A DNA stretch of 64,000 nucleotides, from contig OZ024742.1 in assembly GCA_964016885.1 (NCBI GenBank), positions 53,940,001 to 54,004,000 of the forward strand. The letters are read 5' to 3'. Numbering within the stretch: position 1 is the first letter of the stretch; every line of letters begins with the position of its first letter. The position numbers and the translations under genes are program-made. The notes under the pieces are model-generated. The model saw only the letters and a program-made list of their open reading frames with translations, made no database searches and was not told the origin of the DNA. This document shows positions 46,346-60,189 of the stretch, piece after piece. This DNA comes from Eledone cirrhosa. Lineage: Eukaryota.

Positions 46346-48011
46346 TCAAAGTAATACACGTGGAACCAAGTAGTAATTGCATCTCATGATGGTGCAACTA
46401 TTTCTAGCTTCATAATACAACGCTTTTTTTCTCTTTCAAATGCTATTATCACAGAGTTCTTCCTCCTCAAGAACCTTCTAAAACTACATTAGTACAATAG
46501 CTACAAAGATAAATGATCAATACAATCAGATATATATGAAAATGTCAATATATTTTATAAAACCATATAATAAGCAATATTCATATATATATATACATAC
46601 ATACGCTAACACACACGATATTTTCATCTCAATTTCGACAACAATTATCACTTCATCCTTTTCTCACACATGGGTGGAACGAACATGACCTTTAGCCCCA
46701 CCAAGGACTTACATTCCTTTCAGTGTGTGCTGCAACGAAAACAAAATAACATTTTTAGACCACAGCCAGTCATGTTCATGCAACACAAGTGATGCCTGTG
46801 TTTGAAGAAAGGGTTTTCACTGGTCCAGTCACATTCTCTGAACAACTGTGACAGTTATTCAAAAGAGAAGAGTAGGTAAACAACATTGACTGTCATCCAG
46901 TCGCAGGTTTACATCAGTGCTTTCCTTCTGCTAGAAGGATGTCCAAAGAAGGATGGCTTCGTCTCATCTTCTAGAATGATCATCACTTGATCCTATATAT
47001 ATACTAGTATGTATCAATTTAGACTAGTATGACCATTGTTCAGTTTATGAAAGAAAAGTGTAGGTATTGTAAGGAGTTACTGATCAACGGCTGAGCCCTT
47101 GCAATCGTCGAAACAACAGTACTCAGCCGTTGAGCAGCAACTTTTTAAAGTATATATATTATTTCATTATTATTCAAATGAAAAGGAAATTTATTTATTG
47201 TATAATATTAACAGACACATATATTTCTTTAATTATTTAAATATTTAAATCGATAATCATTAGACAACATCTATCAAAATACAACGGTAATGCCACTAAA
47301 TTCGTAAACTAATAGTTTATCAATTCCTATAAATATATATTAACCTTCAGGATAAAATATCTTGTGACTAGTTTAGAATTCTATTTTTGAAATTCAAATT
47401 GAAAATTTACTTAAATAGGCTTTTGACAAATACTCAGGCTACAGTGAATAGTTGCTTTCCACAGAAAAGTTCTGAAGATATGTTTCTTTCCTTTATAATA
47501 TAATTGGAAAATATAAACGATGTTATTGATTCCCATTATGCCTAAACAAATACAAGATTAAAAAAAATAAAAAAATGAATTTTAACATACATTGTTTATT
47601 TGGCCAGCACAAGTGACCTAGATTCATTAATACATCTTCAATATTGAAATACTGTCTTTGCAGGCAGAACATTATTCTAAAGAATACCGCTACGTGTGTT
47701 TTCGTTACAAAGTGGATGAAGAAAATGTTAACGTTATCAGAGGAAAAATGTATAAAAAGCTGTCAGTAGTTATTTTACGTGAGACGTTTTACTTAGAAAC
47801 TTACATTGCAATATGTTATAAAGAAAATAATGAAGCATTATATAGTAACACAGCCAAATATACTTCATTATTGGAGTGGCTAACATAGATTCATATACAT
47901 ATAGTTCATTTTTAGTTCACATGATAAAAAAAGGGAAGAAAATAAAATTGAATCAATATCTTATTGCATTTAAAACATATAAAAACATAGGAACGCAGCT
48001 AGCAAAGTTTT

Positions 48012-48225
48012 AGAATTGAAATAGAAATAGAAGCACCGCTGTAACATTGACTAGATTATATAGTCTACTAATGGGGTGTATAAAAACACTAAACGGAAAA
48101 CGATGGGTATCAACCCAGATGGAAGTGTGCGCTGATACCCATCTTATTCCGATCAGTAGATTTATACGCCCCATATATTAAATAGTCAATGTTGCGCTGA
48201 CGCTTATATTTCTATTTCAATTCTA
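48012..48225. repeat. Imperfect fold-back (MITE-like)
   Basis: tagaattgaaatagaaata...tatttctatttcaattcta, with inner arms aacattgacta/tagtcaatgtt and gatgggtatca/tgatacccatc. Confidence 0.7.
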
Positions 48226-48336
48226 TAAAAACACATTTTAAAAATAAACACCCGCAGGTCTTTCTTTGGTTTAAAACAGGTATAGATACATCTTTGCACT
48301 ATAGTTTGTACAGACATGAACAAATTATATATATAA

Positions 48337-49321
48337 CTAGCAGTAAAGCCCGGCGTTGCTCGGGGTCGCTCAGTAGCTGTGTTAAAGTTACAATGTTAAG
48401 TTTCTTTCTTGGCTTAAAAACTGTAATGTCTACTGTGCAGACTTGCATGTGGTGTTTTTGATTAATATTCCCTCAACCAACAATATGCCTTATGAAGTTA
48501 AGAAAACATAACGATAACCCGAATGTTATAACAAAAGAGGATGCTGGGGATAGAAACTGCACTGGTTATTTATTAACAAAGATCGAAAATGTAAACACTG
48601 CAACGCAGAGAAAAACATTAGCGTAACCAAATTATCAGTTATGTCTGTCTGCACGCCTATATCACCTCTCTGCACGACTGTCTGTCTGCACGCCTATATC
48701 ACCTCTCTGCACGACTGTCTGTCTGCACGCCTATATCACCTCTCTGCACAACTGTCTGTCTGCACGCCTATATCACCTCTCTGCACGACTGTCTGTCTGC
48801 ACGCGTATATCACCTCTCTGCACGACTGTCTGTCTGCACGACTGTCTGTCTGCACGCCTAACGACGAAATATTTGCTTGTTTTACGTAGTCTTTAAATAG
48901 ACTTGTTTTCAAGTAAAAATATTGTTTTAAAATGCTTTTAAATGGAAATGAAGCAAAACGGAAGTTTAGTGTTCGAACTGATGAATTTTGCAGGTCAATA
49001 TTTTGCTGGCTCGACAACTGTTCGTGTATTGTGTTAATGTCATTTTAAACGCTGAGAAAGCCAGCGTAATTTTTTACGTAAGACGCTCAATGTAAACAGA
49101 ACAAAGGGAAATAACTGATAACTTACGCTCAAAAATCGATACATTATATTCGATTTCGTCACATAGGGTGGGTCAATTTGAAATATTCTTTTTCCGATGT
49201 CTTCGCTAGGGCTCAATGTACAAGTATAGCAATTTCGGTGCAATTCCGTGAGAGATTCTAACAGGAGATGTGTGCCAAAAATCGATAGACAGACAGACAA
49301 CCACAGTTTTATATATATAGA
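48337..49321 (-). mobile_element. Non-autonomous Helitron
   Basis: Minus strand reads A|TCtatatatataaaactg...cccgagcaacgccggg (hairpin) ctttactgCTAG|T. Inserted between A and T with no TSD. Subterminal (GTCT)n. Confidence 0.85.
48642..48860 (+). repeat. 37-bp minisatellite (about 5 full plus 2 partial units) inside the Helitron
   Basis: Unit tgtctgtctgcacgcctatatcacctctctgcacgac. Confidence 0.92.
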
Positions 49322-49634
49322 TTATACTAATACATGTAATACAGTGTCTAACATATATCGTGTCTAAAAAGTCGGATCCAAATAATTATTCCTCTCTCAT
49401 ACTAACCACAGATAAATACAGACCCTGCAGACAAGTAGAAGCTTTCTATACACTATTCCGCATATATATATAAATATATACACATACATATATATATATG
49501 TGAGAAAAACCACAAACCCTCCATCTCAATCCTACTTTTGAAAAGCAGAAGAACTGTAAAGAACCGGTAAAGGAACCAAATAAATATATAAGAAAAAAAA
49601 GACTCCAGTTGCATTTTCGATTTCATCTTTTTTC

Positions 49635-49704
<70 letters not shown>

Positions 49705-49910
49705 TATATATATATGATTGTTCAACTCTGTCGGTCTTCTGCCTGCTTCTTCCCCCCTATATATATATATTTGTATCTATATCTAGAGAGAGATAGAGAG
49801 AGAGAGAGAGAAAGAGCAAATGATGTATATATATATATACTTACACATATGATTCTTCAATTTTATCTATCTCTCTGCCTCTCTCTCTCTCTAAAAACAC
49901 CCATGCACGC

Positions 49911-49941
<31 letters not shown>

Positions 49942-49955
49942 TATATAATATATAT

Positions 49956-50300
49956 ATGATATTAAATAAATGGAAACTATATTTATAAAACCATATTTAT
50001 TTCGTTATATATATTTCAGGGATATCAATCAAATCAACCTCCCAAATCAACCTCCCAAATGCAAGGTGATTGAAAGGTATGTCGTATCTATTTATTTATA
50101 AGACTGTTTATATTGTATTTTGTCTGAAGATGGCATAACATATTGTTAATATGATATCCCTGAAATATATATAACGAAATAAATATGGTTTTATAAATAT
50201 AGTTTCCATTTATTTAATATCATAAATATACTCCAAATACTTGTTGAGTGCTTTTATATCAGTTATAAATATTTACTCGTTGTTAACCCAACAATTTAAA
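49956..50300 (+). mobile_element. Short PLE-like pLTR fragment with an inverted 5' partial copy
   Basis: 49956-50027 is the reverse complement of 50152-50223. Contains an HHR and is flanked by (TA)n. Confidence 0.65.
50116..50181 (+). ncRNA. Type I hammerhead ribozyme
   Basis: tattttgt-CTGAAGA-tggcataacatatt gtt aatatgatatccct-GAAA-tatata-TA-acgaaata. Confidence 0.75.
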
Positions 50301-51225
50301 TATAACTTTCCATGTATAATATATATACTATACATATATATATATACATATATATATATAAATATATATATATATGTATGTATATCTCCGAAGAGGGTGG
50401 TGCCAGAGAGACTAAGAGAGAAGGAATGCCTACATTATTTCAGATTATATTTCTACACATTTCAACTGTAAATAAAGGAGAGTATTATATATTTATTATA
50501 CTATATGTTTTTAAGTAGGATTCTAAGAAAAACAGAACAAATGCAGAATCATTTTAAATGTGAGTTCAATCTAATATCATGCGTACATTCTAAATTTACA
50601 TTAACTACAATACCCAAAACATTTTACCTCTTATGTTGTCATATATTATCTATTATATATTATACATTGTATTACATTATATTATATTATATACTGGAAA
50701 CTATTTTATTTTCCATTTATTTACAGATTTCTAAATATTATGTTAGAAATATAGGTTTTTATGTCGCATAACACTAAATCATTTTTTCTGACTAAATAAT
50801 AATGTAATTTGACGCGTACATTAACAATGTAAAATTCGAAATTATAATAAGAGAATCACCCAGTTTTTATTTTCCATTCCACGTCTAAATGTGTCTCAGA
50901 TTACTTTTTACTTTTTCATATTTGGTTGATGTCTTTATATATCCGAATAAAAAATCAACTAAAATCTGATTTTTTCTGTATTCTAATATGTCTGTTTAAG
51001 TTTAAAATTTGAATCCTACTTAACTCTGCTATATTCATTATATATTGTGGTATGATAAGTAGTTGCCAACACAATGGATTTTTACATGGCCATACATATG
51101 TTGCCTTGTACTATTAAACGGATCGTTATTTATACTGTTTTTGCAGAATACAGGATTATGTGCCTTTGCTACGTGGGTGATGTAAGCAGTCGTGGTGGTA
51201 TTTATCATAAAATGTGATCAAATAT

Positions 51226-51410
51226 ATAATTGTTTCTACTTTTGACACAGGCCAGCAGTTACCCAGTGCATTACTGGTACTTATTTTATCGACCCCGTAA
51301 GGATGAAAGGTAAAGTTAACCTCGGCGGGATTTGAACTCAGAATGGCAAGGGCCGTAACTCTATGCGTCAAAGCATGGCGTCCGACCCGCTACCGATACT
51401 GCCAATCCAA
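51226..51410 (-). mobile_element. tRNA-derived SINE (octopus-type)
   Basis: Reverse-complement homologue of 20351-20538. Confidence 0.8.
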
Positions 51411-51789
51411 TGCTAGTAAATCGGACAACGTTATCATAAAAATATAAATGAAAGACACTACACTACAATAGATATGTCAGCTTTGGATTACAAGAAAGGG
51501 AATGAGCAACGATGTATAGCATTTGTGGGTGATAACAAAGGGTGTGAGAAAGAACAACACATAGCTTCTCTGAATCAACAAAATGAGTGAGAAACAGCAT
51601 CTAACCATAGGTAGGAGGAAGGAGAGCACATGCACTACGAATCATCAAACAGTCTCTGTTCTGTATGAAGACATTTAGCGGCATTTTGTGACACATTGTG
51701 GAATTTAGTGGAAGTTTGTGGCTCTTTGTGGATCTTCGTGCCCATTTGTAAACTCCTGGGCATCATGGTATTGTTTGTGACGCTAAACT

Positions 51790-52320
51790 CCGCCAGTTGC
51801 AGACTGTGCATCAACATGAGATATTTTTCCCCACAAAGTTCGATCACCAGCAGCAGAGTTTAAACAGAAAAGATCAAGTCCAGTCCATTAGTTGACATTA
51901 TCAAGCCATCGTTTTGGCTGCCGGCCTCTGCTTCTCTTACCAGCTAACCTTCCTTCCAGACATAACCTACTCACACCACGAGTTGATCTTTTTATATGAC
52001 CGTATAGTTTGAATACTCTTGACTTGACAATTGATGTAATTCACAAGGCTTCTACTACATGACATCTAGAAGTGGGACTTGGGCTGTGCAACACTACACT
52101 GGTTTAGCTGAAGTTAGGAAATGTGTCTATTTATGGTAATCTTTTCATTTAGCATGTTACTGAATAGTCCTCTGTTGAGTTTAGATGATTTCCATTGAAG
52201 TAGCCAAATCAAATATTTACCAAGGAATTGCGTATCTTCAGTAGTTATATGCGTAACAAGGATCTTAGTGTCTATCCTAGTGAAAGAACGAGGAGAGAGT
52301 TTGGGCCAAAACAGGGGATA
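51790..52320 (-). mobile_element. RTE-like LINE 3' fragment
   Basis: Reverse-complement homologue of 46090-46345, probably extending further 5'. Confidence 0.65.
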
Positions 52321-52914
52321 AATAATGCTGACCCTATCGCTACATCTGTGCTTGTCACTTTTATATATGATATGCATATGGCGGTATATAGATTATTGTC
52401 GTTGATGTTGAGCTATCAATTATATACGTCGATGTCTATAGAGAAAGTAAATTTAGAAATAATTTGAATGGAATGCAATATAAAACCAATTAGAAACCTG
52501 TAGTGAGTTAGAAAAGCTTCGTTGGAGGTGACACATTGATGTTTGTCTTTTTCTTGTGTTAAATAATTCTGCTTAGTATAAAGAGAATATATTTTAGTGT
52601 ATAGCTTGCTGCTATGTGAGGATGTACAATACTATAAGCTGGGGATGAATTGTAGAACGCTTGTACATCGATGGAGTGTTCCTATGAACACATATATTAA
52701 AGCGTCACTTTATCACGAGAAAAACATCATGGTACCACTTTAACATGATACAGTAGTTCAGAAATCTAACAAGAAAACCTAACTTCTGCAGTTCTTTTGC
52801 TTATGATTAAAATATGCAGCTGTCATGATGAATCATCAGATCTTCTAAGAACAAAAATTCCCATGTTTGAATATTTCATGTTCGTTTTGATCAATACTAA
52901 ATATGCTTTCACTC

Positions 52915-52966
<52 letters not shown>

Positions 52967-52983
52967 GCATGTGTGTGTCTGTT

Positions 52984-53032
<49 letters not shown>

Positions 53033-54512
53033 TATATATACATATACGTATATATATATATATATATATATATAAACGTATATGTAGATATATTTATATA
53101 TTTAGTTTTAAGTTAATATGCGGTCATCTCATTATTTGCGAAACAGAGTTTTGTTTATAGATACAGTGTGGAACTTACAAGAAAAGTTTACATTCGTCAT
53201 CAATGGGCCAGTTCGTTTGAGTCTTTGAATTAAAATAGTCTCTTGTATTACATAAACAGTTGAGACATAACTATAAACCACAGTATCAAATAGTCGAGCC
53301 TCACAAACTGGATTATATTAACCTACTATGAAAATGTACATGCATATAATCAATATTATGCTAAATTATTATGCAAACGTATATGTATATAATCAAACAC
53401 TATAAATATAGTGAAAATGTATAGTAACTAAGAAATGTCAGTACAACGAATAAATATAATTACAATAGTAGAAAAGGTAACAAAAAACCCAGCAAAGATG
53501 CGCATTCAAGTACATATATTATGTAGATGTATATTCTATATTTTATATAAAGGCATATGTGAACCCGAATACGACATTATTTAACATACATTTATTCTAG
53601 ATATAAGCATTGAAGATGTGAAAATGGCTCTCAGATCCACCATGGCAACCAGTATAAGATATGAGACTGCATTTCACTGTCGTTGCAAATTGTCAGCACA
53701 TTATATTTACACCTGAATCCAACACAGTCGACTGAGAAGATGCAGACATGCATATATAAAGAGTGCGTTGGCGACGCATAATGACGATGAAATGGAGTCG
53801 CTGCTCTTATCTTGGTTTCTAAGGTACTTGTGAAATGTTCATAGCTTAAATGCTGACAATGGGAATAAATGTATGTATATTATAAGTAGAAATATACTAT
53901 ATGTGTTCATGTATACATTATTCCTAAATAGTGATAAATTCTGATCTCCCTACACACAAATAAACATGCGCATGTATACAGACACGTTCATTTAAAAACG
54001 TAGAAACACACGCAAAAGATCTGCTTGAATTGACGAGGTTGAATGTTCTCATAGTCTGATATGAATGGGTAAGAAATTTCCCCTTAACAGAATACCAGTG
54101 AGAAAATATTGCAGAAACTAGTGTTATACAAAAAGAAATGGATGCATCTACCGTCTATTATACCAGCATATTGATCAATATTTTGCAAGAATACGATTGC
54201 GAGGAAACTGTGCAGAAATCCATATATCACGTACGCGTGCGCACGCAACACATACATCTAAAGAATAAACAACAAGAAGCTAGAACACCAACAAATCCGA
54301 GACGAAAACACAAGTAATCACATTGCAGATTGTGAAGGAATTATCCTATCTAACATTATAATTTTCCCTATATATATGTGCTCAAGCTTTTCAACACAAA
54401 AAACAATAAATAAAAAAAAACTATTCATTAACAAATATAAACCATAACTAAATATGTAATCTTCAAAATCATGATTGAAAACCATCACCAGCGATCACCA
54501 GCGATCCATATG

Positions 54513-54667
<155 letters not shown>

Positions 54668-55731
54668 ATATATATATATATTTATATACATATATATATA
54701 TATAGAGAGAGAGAGACAAAGCACACACGCACCAGACGCACCACGAAATAAAAGATAAGTTATTTATATACGCACATTTTTTGCCAATAGTAACGGCTCT
54801 TCAAAATCATGATGGAAAACCATCATTATACTATACCCGTTTGTAAAAATACCCCCAAACACACAGACATGCACGCACACTCAAACACATACACCACGAT
54901 ACAAAAGCCAAATATATATATATATTAATTGTTTCCGTAGGAAAGGTAAAGGAAAAGAGACTGCTCTATGTAGTCCACAGACGTCTGACTTCGGTAGAAG
55001 TCAGACGTGTATGTCATGCTCGTCTGTCTTCGTAAAACCTTTGGTAAATGAAATAATTATTTTATGTTGTTTATTACATAACTATATATATATAGGTATA
55101 TATGGGGGCTGCCAACTCGTTTTCGAGTACGGCCACTACTTTATTACTTTATATCCATGTAGGTGAACCCCTACCGATGCGCTGAACGAGTGTGACTTTT
55201 TAATCCAGCCAGCGACTTGAAAACTCTGGTACAAACACTACACCTGTGACAATTATTGACACATAGTGCAGGGCCCATAGTACCACGCGACGACAAGTGC
55301 AGAGAGATCTCCAGATATAAAGCAATGCCTGTGCCGTGAAGCTTTTATAGTGAGAAAAGGAACTGCACAAAGCCAGTCCCAGTCCCAGTCTCTTGACCAA
55401 GATGATATTTACCAAAAAGAAGAACAAGTCAACATCATTGGATACCATCAGGGTTGCAGGTGTTATATCAGAGTTCTCCTATTCCTGGAATTCTGCCTTG
55501 ACAAAGGCTAAGGGGTCATCTCTCCCGGTGATTTTGGATGACCATTGACTCGTAAGAGGTCTTCTGCCCTTTAACAGGTTTTGCTTTTAGTCCTGCAGTA
55601 TGTCCAAAGTCACCCTCCTCACCAAGAAACCTTGGTGGGGTTGCCAGTTTAGTCGCCGACTACCCGACTATGAGACAGGTTGTACTGGGATACATGTTAC
55701 CAGTAGCACCAACTGGTGACCTGACAATAAT

Positions 55732-55780
<49 letters not shown>

Positions 55781-55804
55781 CTTATATATATATATACATA
55801 CATA

Positions 55805-55855
<51 letters not shown>

Positions 55856-56099
55856 GCACACAACCTCTCAACACATATTCCTAAATTAGAATTCCTTTGA
55901 AAAATCCTATATACCCCCCCCCCCCAGTTTTAACTGAAGTCAAAGCACTCATTCCTAGTTTATATCCTCTGTACTCCCCTGCAATTGAAAACTTGACCAA
56001 TGTTTTACACAATAGAGATATACACTCACACACATATATATAGACATCTTCTTCCTATAACAGCGTTAACCAGTTAAACGCCACTAACACAACCTACAT

Positions 56100-56140
<41 letters not shown>

Positions 56141-56144
<4 letters not shown>

Positions 56145-57221
56145 AGATTTTCGTCTCATCCCGGCATCACTATCGTGTATCCACGTGTGTTTTGTTATTT
56201 CAATTCAACACGCTGTTCGCTTGTCTTCTTTTAATTCCCCTCCGGCATTTTAGCAGTGGTAATTAGTTAATGTGTGAGCATTACTGAAGATCGATTCCAA
56301 CCATGACTAACCCCACTGAAAAGTTTCGTGAAATAGTCTTTTAAGACTATATAGTGGATTTGTAGTTTTCCCTAAATTGACGGTTAAGTATTTTTTCTTG
56401 ATTTTACTTTGAGCTAAGATTGTACTGCTTTTTCCCTAACTTACACAAAGTCTGAGGATAAAGTTTTCTTCTTGACTTGTTTTAAATTAAGATTGTATTA
56501 CTTTTCCCTCATCTTACATTAAACATTTTTTCATCTTCAAGGTATAGTCACTTATATGCCTGAATTATTGTTGGTATTTTGCTTACATTAATTTTTCTAT
56601 TTTCATTTATATATTAATACTCGGAGTTTTCCTAGAGTGCTTATTAATATTTATGACTAATCCCAGTTTAAAAAAAGAGAAAACTGCGATAATATTGCTT
56701 ATGCTGAACTCCATATTTTTGTTGAGTTTTTTCGGAATGTTTTGACTGTTGTTTCTTTTAAACAGATTTTCGTCTCATCTCGGCATTACTATCGTGTGTC
56801 CACGTGTGTTTTGTTATTTCAATTCTACACGCTGTTCGCTTGCCTGCTTTTAATTCCCCTCCGGCATTTTAGCAGTGTGTTTACTTAATGTATTGAACAC
56901 TACTGAAGATCGATTACAACCGTGACTAACCCCACTGAAGAGTTTTGTAAAATAGTCTTTTAAGACTATATAGTGCATTTTGTAGTTTTCCCCAAATTGA
57001 CGGGTAAGTGTTTTTTCTTGGTTTTACTTTGAGTTAAGATTGTATTGCTTTTTTCCACAACTTACACAAAGTCTGAGGATAAATATTTTCTTCTTGACTT
57101 GTTTTGAATTAAGATCGTATTACTTATCCCACATCTTACATTAAAAATGTTCCATCTTGATGTTATTGTCACTTATATGCCTGAATTATTGTTGGCTTTT
57201 TGCTTACATTAATTTCTCTAT

Positions 57222-57226
<5 letters not shown>
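56141..57226 (+). mobile_element. 619-bp tandem repeat (about 1.75 units) with one HHR motif per unit; retrozyme-like or tandem pLTR
   Basis: aaacagattttcgtctcatc starts at 56141 and 56760. Flanked by (TA)n on both sides. Confidence 0.75.
56279..56356 (+). ncRNA. Hammerhead ribozyme with full stem III (second copy at 56898-56975 has GAAA>AAAA)
   Basis: catta-CTGAAGA-tcga...tcgt-GAAA-tagtct ttta agacta-TA-tagtg. Stem II is weak. Confidence 0.6.
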
Positions 57227-57254
<28 letters not shown>

Positions 57255-57256
<2 letters not shown>

Positions 57257-57470
57257 GATAAATCTACCAAAAGTTTACGTATGAAGAACTCAATGTAATC
57301 CGGATATCATGAAAAGAGAAGATGCATTCAAAAACTACTTTCGGTGAAAAATAAACGGAAAACAGAGTCAAGATAAATTAATAAAATAATGAATAAACAA
57401 AGAAACAGTTCCTTATATTACAAAAATAATATAAGGAACTGTTTCTTTGTTTATTCATTATTTTATTAAT

Positions 57471-57473
<3 letters not shown>
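57255..57473 (-). mobile_element. Terminal fragment of the PLE at 1-2790 with a fold-back end
   Basis: 57255-57420 is the reverse complement of about 2611-2790. 57427-57473 folds back on 57373-57420. Confidence 0.78.
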
Positions 57474-57501
<28 letters not shown>

Positions 57502-57935
57502 ATATTTCTCTAAAGTAACTTAGTTATTTTCACTACACGAAATATGAACAGACCTTCTTCAACCCTTAATTTTTTATTTTAAATCTAATTTAGATATTTA
57601 ATATTTGATAAGATGAAATACATCGGAACCGCTACTATTTTATTTATTTTATAAAACCACTTTTTAAAAAAATGGTTTCCCCTTTTTAAAAAAATATACT
57701 TCCGTGCTGTTTCCACTATTGCCTTTATTCTATAACCTTTGATTTTTATACAACTTTACCCACTTTTCAACTACGCACACACAGACACACATGCAAACAT
57801 ACACACACACACACACAAAGGCGCACGCGCAGACACACACACACACACACACATATATGTGCCAGCCCTAGAAGATTGATTTCAAAAAATGCTAATCGCA
57901 GCTGCAACTTCGACTTTACTCACTATTATTATTAT

Positions 57936-58122
57936 TGGTGGATTGGCAGTATCAGTAGAGGGTCGGACGCCATGCTTTGCAGCAAAGAGTTGCGGCCCTT
58001 TATGAGTTCAAATCCCGCCGAGTTTAACTTTCATCCTTACGGGGTCGATAAAATAAAGTAGCAGTCAGGCACTGGGGTCGATTTAATCGACTTTCCCATC
58101 CCCCAAAATGGCTGGCCTTGTG

Positions 58123-58125
<3 letters not shown>
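57936..58125 (+). mobile_element. tRNA-derived SINE (octopus-type)
   Basis: Homologous to 20351-20538. A partial minus-strand relative lies at ~58650-58735. Confidence 0.8.
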
Positions 58126-58169
<44 letters not shown>

Positions 58170-58215
58170 AACTAAAATAAATAAGTCAAATGTTTAAAAT
58201 TTGGCTTCGTTTATT

Positions 58216-58270
58216 ACTGCTATATATATTTCGGTGACAGCCATCTTTGGCTGTGACCTCTTCAGGCAGT
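58216..58270 (-). ncRNA. Minimal type I hammerhead ribozyme
   Basis: actgc-CTGAAGA-ggtcacagcca aaga tggctgtcacc-GAAA-tatata-TA-gcagt. Confidence 0.85.
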
Positions 58271-58526
58271 CCGAATTAGTGTGGTAGAGACGAGTACACA
58301 TGTTGCTGAGGTGTTTAACTTTGTCAATACTCTGATATGCCCAGTTCCTGGTTGGGTTGTTCTTTCAATGAGGAACTGGAATCATATGAATTTAAATAAA
58401 CGAATTTCAGCGTCAAAGGACATCTCCCCCCCCCCCCCCGCCATTGGTCAGTTGTGAGAACATTCCCAATCAAAAGTCTATAGAAATTCGTTCTGAGGCG
58501 AGGCAATCTGTAGTAGCTGTTCTTGT

Positions 58527-58639
58527 TATTGTTAAGTACATCTGACCTCCACTCTCATGTTGGTAATGGTATTGGTGTTGGAGTCAGCACCAACACCACT
58601 ACCAAAAATAAGGGTAGAGGTCAGATGTACGTAACAATA
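58527..58639. repeat. Imperfect fold-back hairpin
   Basis: tattgttaagtacatctgacctc...gaggtcagatgtacgtaacaata. Confidence 0.7.
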
Positions 58640-58789
58640 CATATATAATAATGGTTTCTTATATAGGCACAAGACCAACAATTTTGGGATGGGAAAATCG
58701 ATTAAATCGACGCCAGTGCCTGACTGCTACTTAATTCAACGGTTTGTTTATCTATCTTTCTATCCATATATATCTAAGTCTAAATTATG

Positions 58790-59063
58790 TCTTGAGCCAG
58801 AAGGCTCATTTGGCCGATGCTTATCCCGGTTTCATGGCGTGAAGCGACGAGAGCACAAGACTCCCTCCACCCACCCCTGGACAGGACGCCAGTCCATCGC
58901 AGGGTTAAACCCCCTGCTATTGCTGGTACTCATTTTCAGCTGAGTATACTGGAGCAACGTGAAATGAAATGTTGTGCTCAAGAACACAACATGCAACTCA
59001 GGAATCGAACCTACGACATTATGATCGTAAGAACACCGTTACCACTAGGCCACGTGCCTCCAC
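58790..59063 (-). mobile_element. tRNA-derived SINE of a second family (conserved-domain, Meta/V-SINE-like)
   Basis: Minus strand has A box tggcctagtgg, B box ggttcgattcc, central cgatggactggcgtcctgtccagggg and tail gaaaccgggataagc. Confidence 0.7.
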
Positions 59064-59119
59064 ATTATATATATGTATATATGTGTGTGTCTGCTTCGTA
59101 ATTAACTGATTGGGCTCGC

Positions 59120-59158
59120 TCTATCTCTCTCTCTCTCCCTCTCTCTCTCTCTCTCTCC

Positions 59159-59233
<75 letters not shown>

Positions 59234-59250
59234 TTTCTCTCTCTCTCTCT
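59120..59250. repeat. (CT)n microsatellite (also at 60085-60220)
   Basis: Read directly. Confidence 0.95.
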
Positions 59251-60079
59251 ATATATATATACACACACATATATATGTACACACAGATATATATGCGTGT
59301 ATGTGTGTGTGTGTGTATGTGTATAAGAGAGTTTGTATGTGCTGTATATGTGTGAGAGAGAGAGAGAGTGGCTGAAAGCAAGAATTAGCACCTCTGGAAT
59401 GTTCACATGTAAATACAAACTAGTTTTATAAATATCTTTCACTGCTCTTATATAAAGACTCATTTGATTTGATGAAGAAGTTAAAAGCGAATATTTCCAA
59501 AATTAGATGCAATCTCATAAGAACACAGCTTCACTGTAACAGATACCTAAATATGGAATGTTACGCACTGCCCCCCCCCCCCCCCGCACGCACACAGCCC
59601 CGGCGGACAAGATGGAGAAGGCGTTCTCCTGGAGGACCGCAAGCTGGAAATATCATTAAGCATTTAGCCTAATATTCTATGATTTTTGGTTCACTGTTTC
59701 ATTCATATTCACTCTAAACGTTTGGTTTCTTCGTAGTTACCATATTTTTCACATTTCTCTGTACTCTTGCATATAAAATATTATTCCACCACCCCACACC
59801 TGCGATCAATAAACTATAGGCTTCCTGTCGCAGGCATATCAGAGTCTGTGTGGAGGGTGATTGGTGTTATTTTTTAAACTTTTTTAAATCTCAGCAAAGC
59901 ATCAATTTTTCAGAAATCTTGACCATAAAATTGCAGATCACACTCAATATGTACGGTATGAAATATAACTTTTGCTTTGAGTTAATAAATTTTATTTGGT
60001 TGCGAAGGGAATTTCCGAGTAAATCTGTAGTTTGGTGAGAATATATGGCTTACATGTCATTTCAATCTGCACAATGATA

Positions 60080-60123
<44 letters not shown>

Positions 60124-60136
60124 GCTCTCTCTCTCG

Positions 60137-60189
<53 letters not shown>

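Noticed and set aside
47072-47145. HHR-like GAAA-caacag-TA within a hairpin
   Set aside because: No CUGANGA at the required position; treated as a simple fold-back.
48642-48860. CRISPR-like 37-bp repeats
   Set aside because: Units are contiguous with no unique spacers, there are no cas genes, and the context is a eukaryotic Helitron.
54930-55060. 12-bp hairpin followed by aaaacctttggta, resembling the 6632 HHR
   Set aside because: The first core box is unrecognisable; at best a dead relic.
55440-55730. Possible RTE 5' or SINE-like repeat
   Set aside because: Only vague resemblance; no second copy or motif in the window supports a call.
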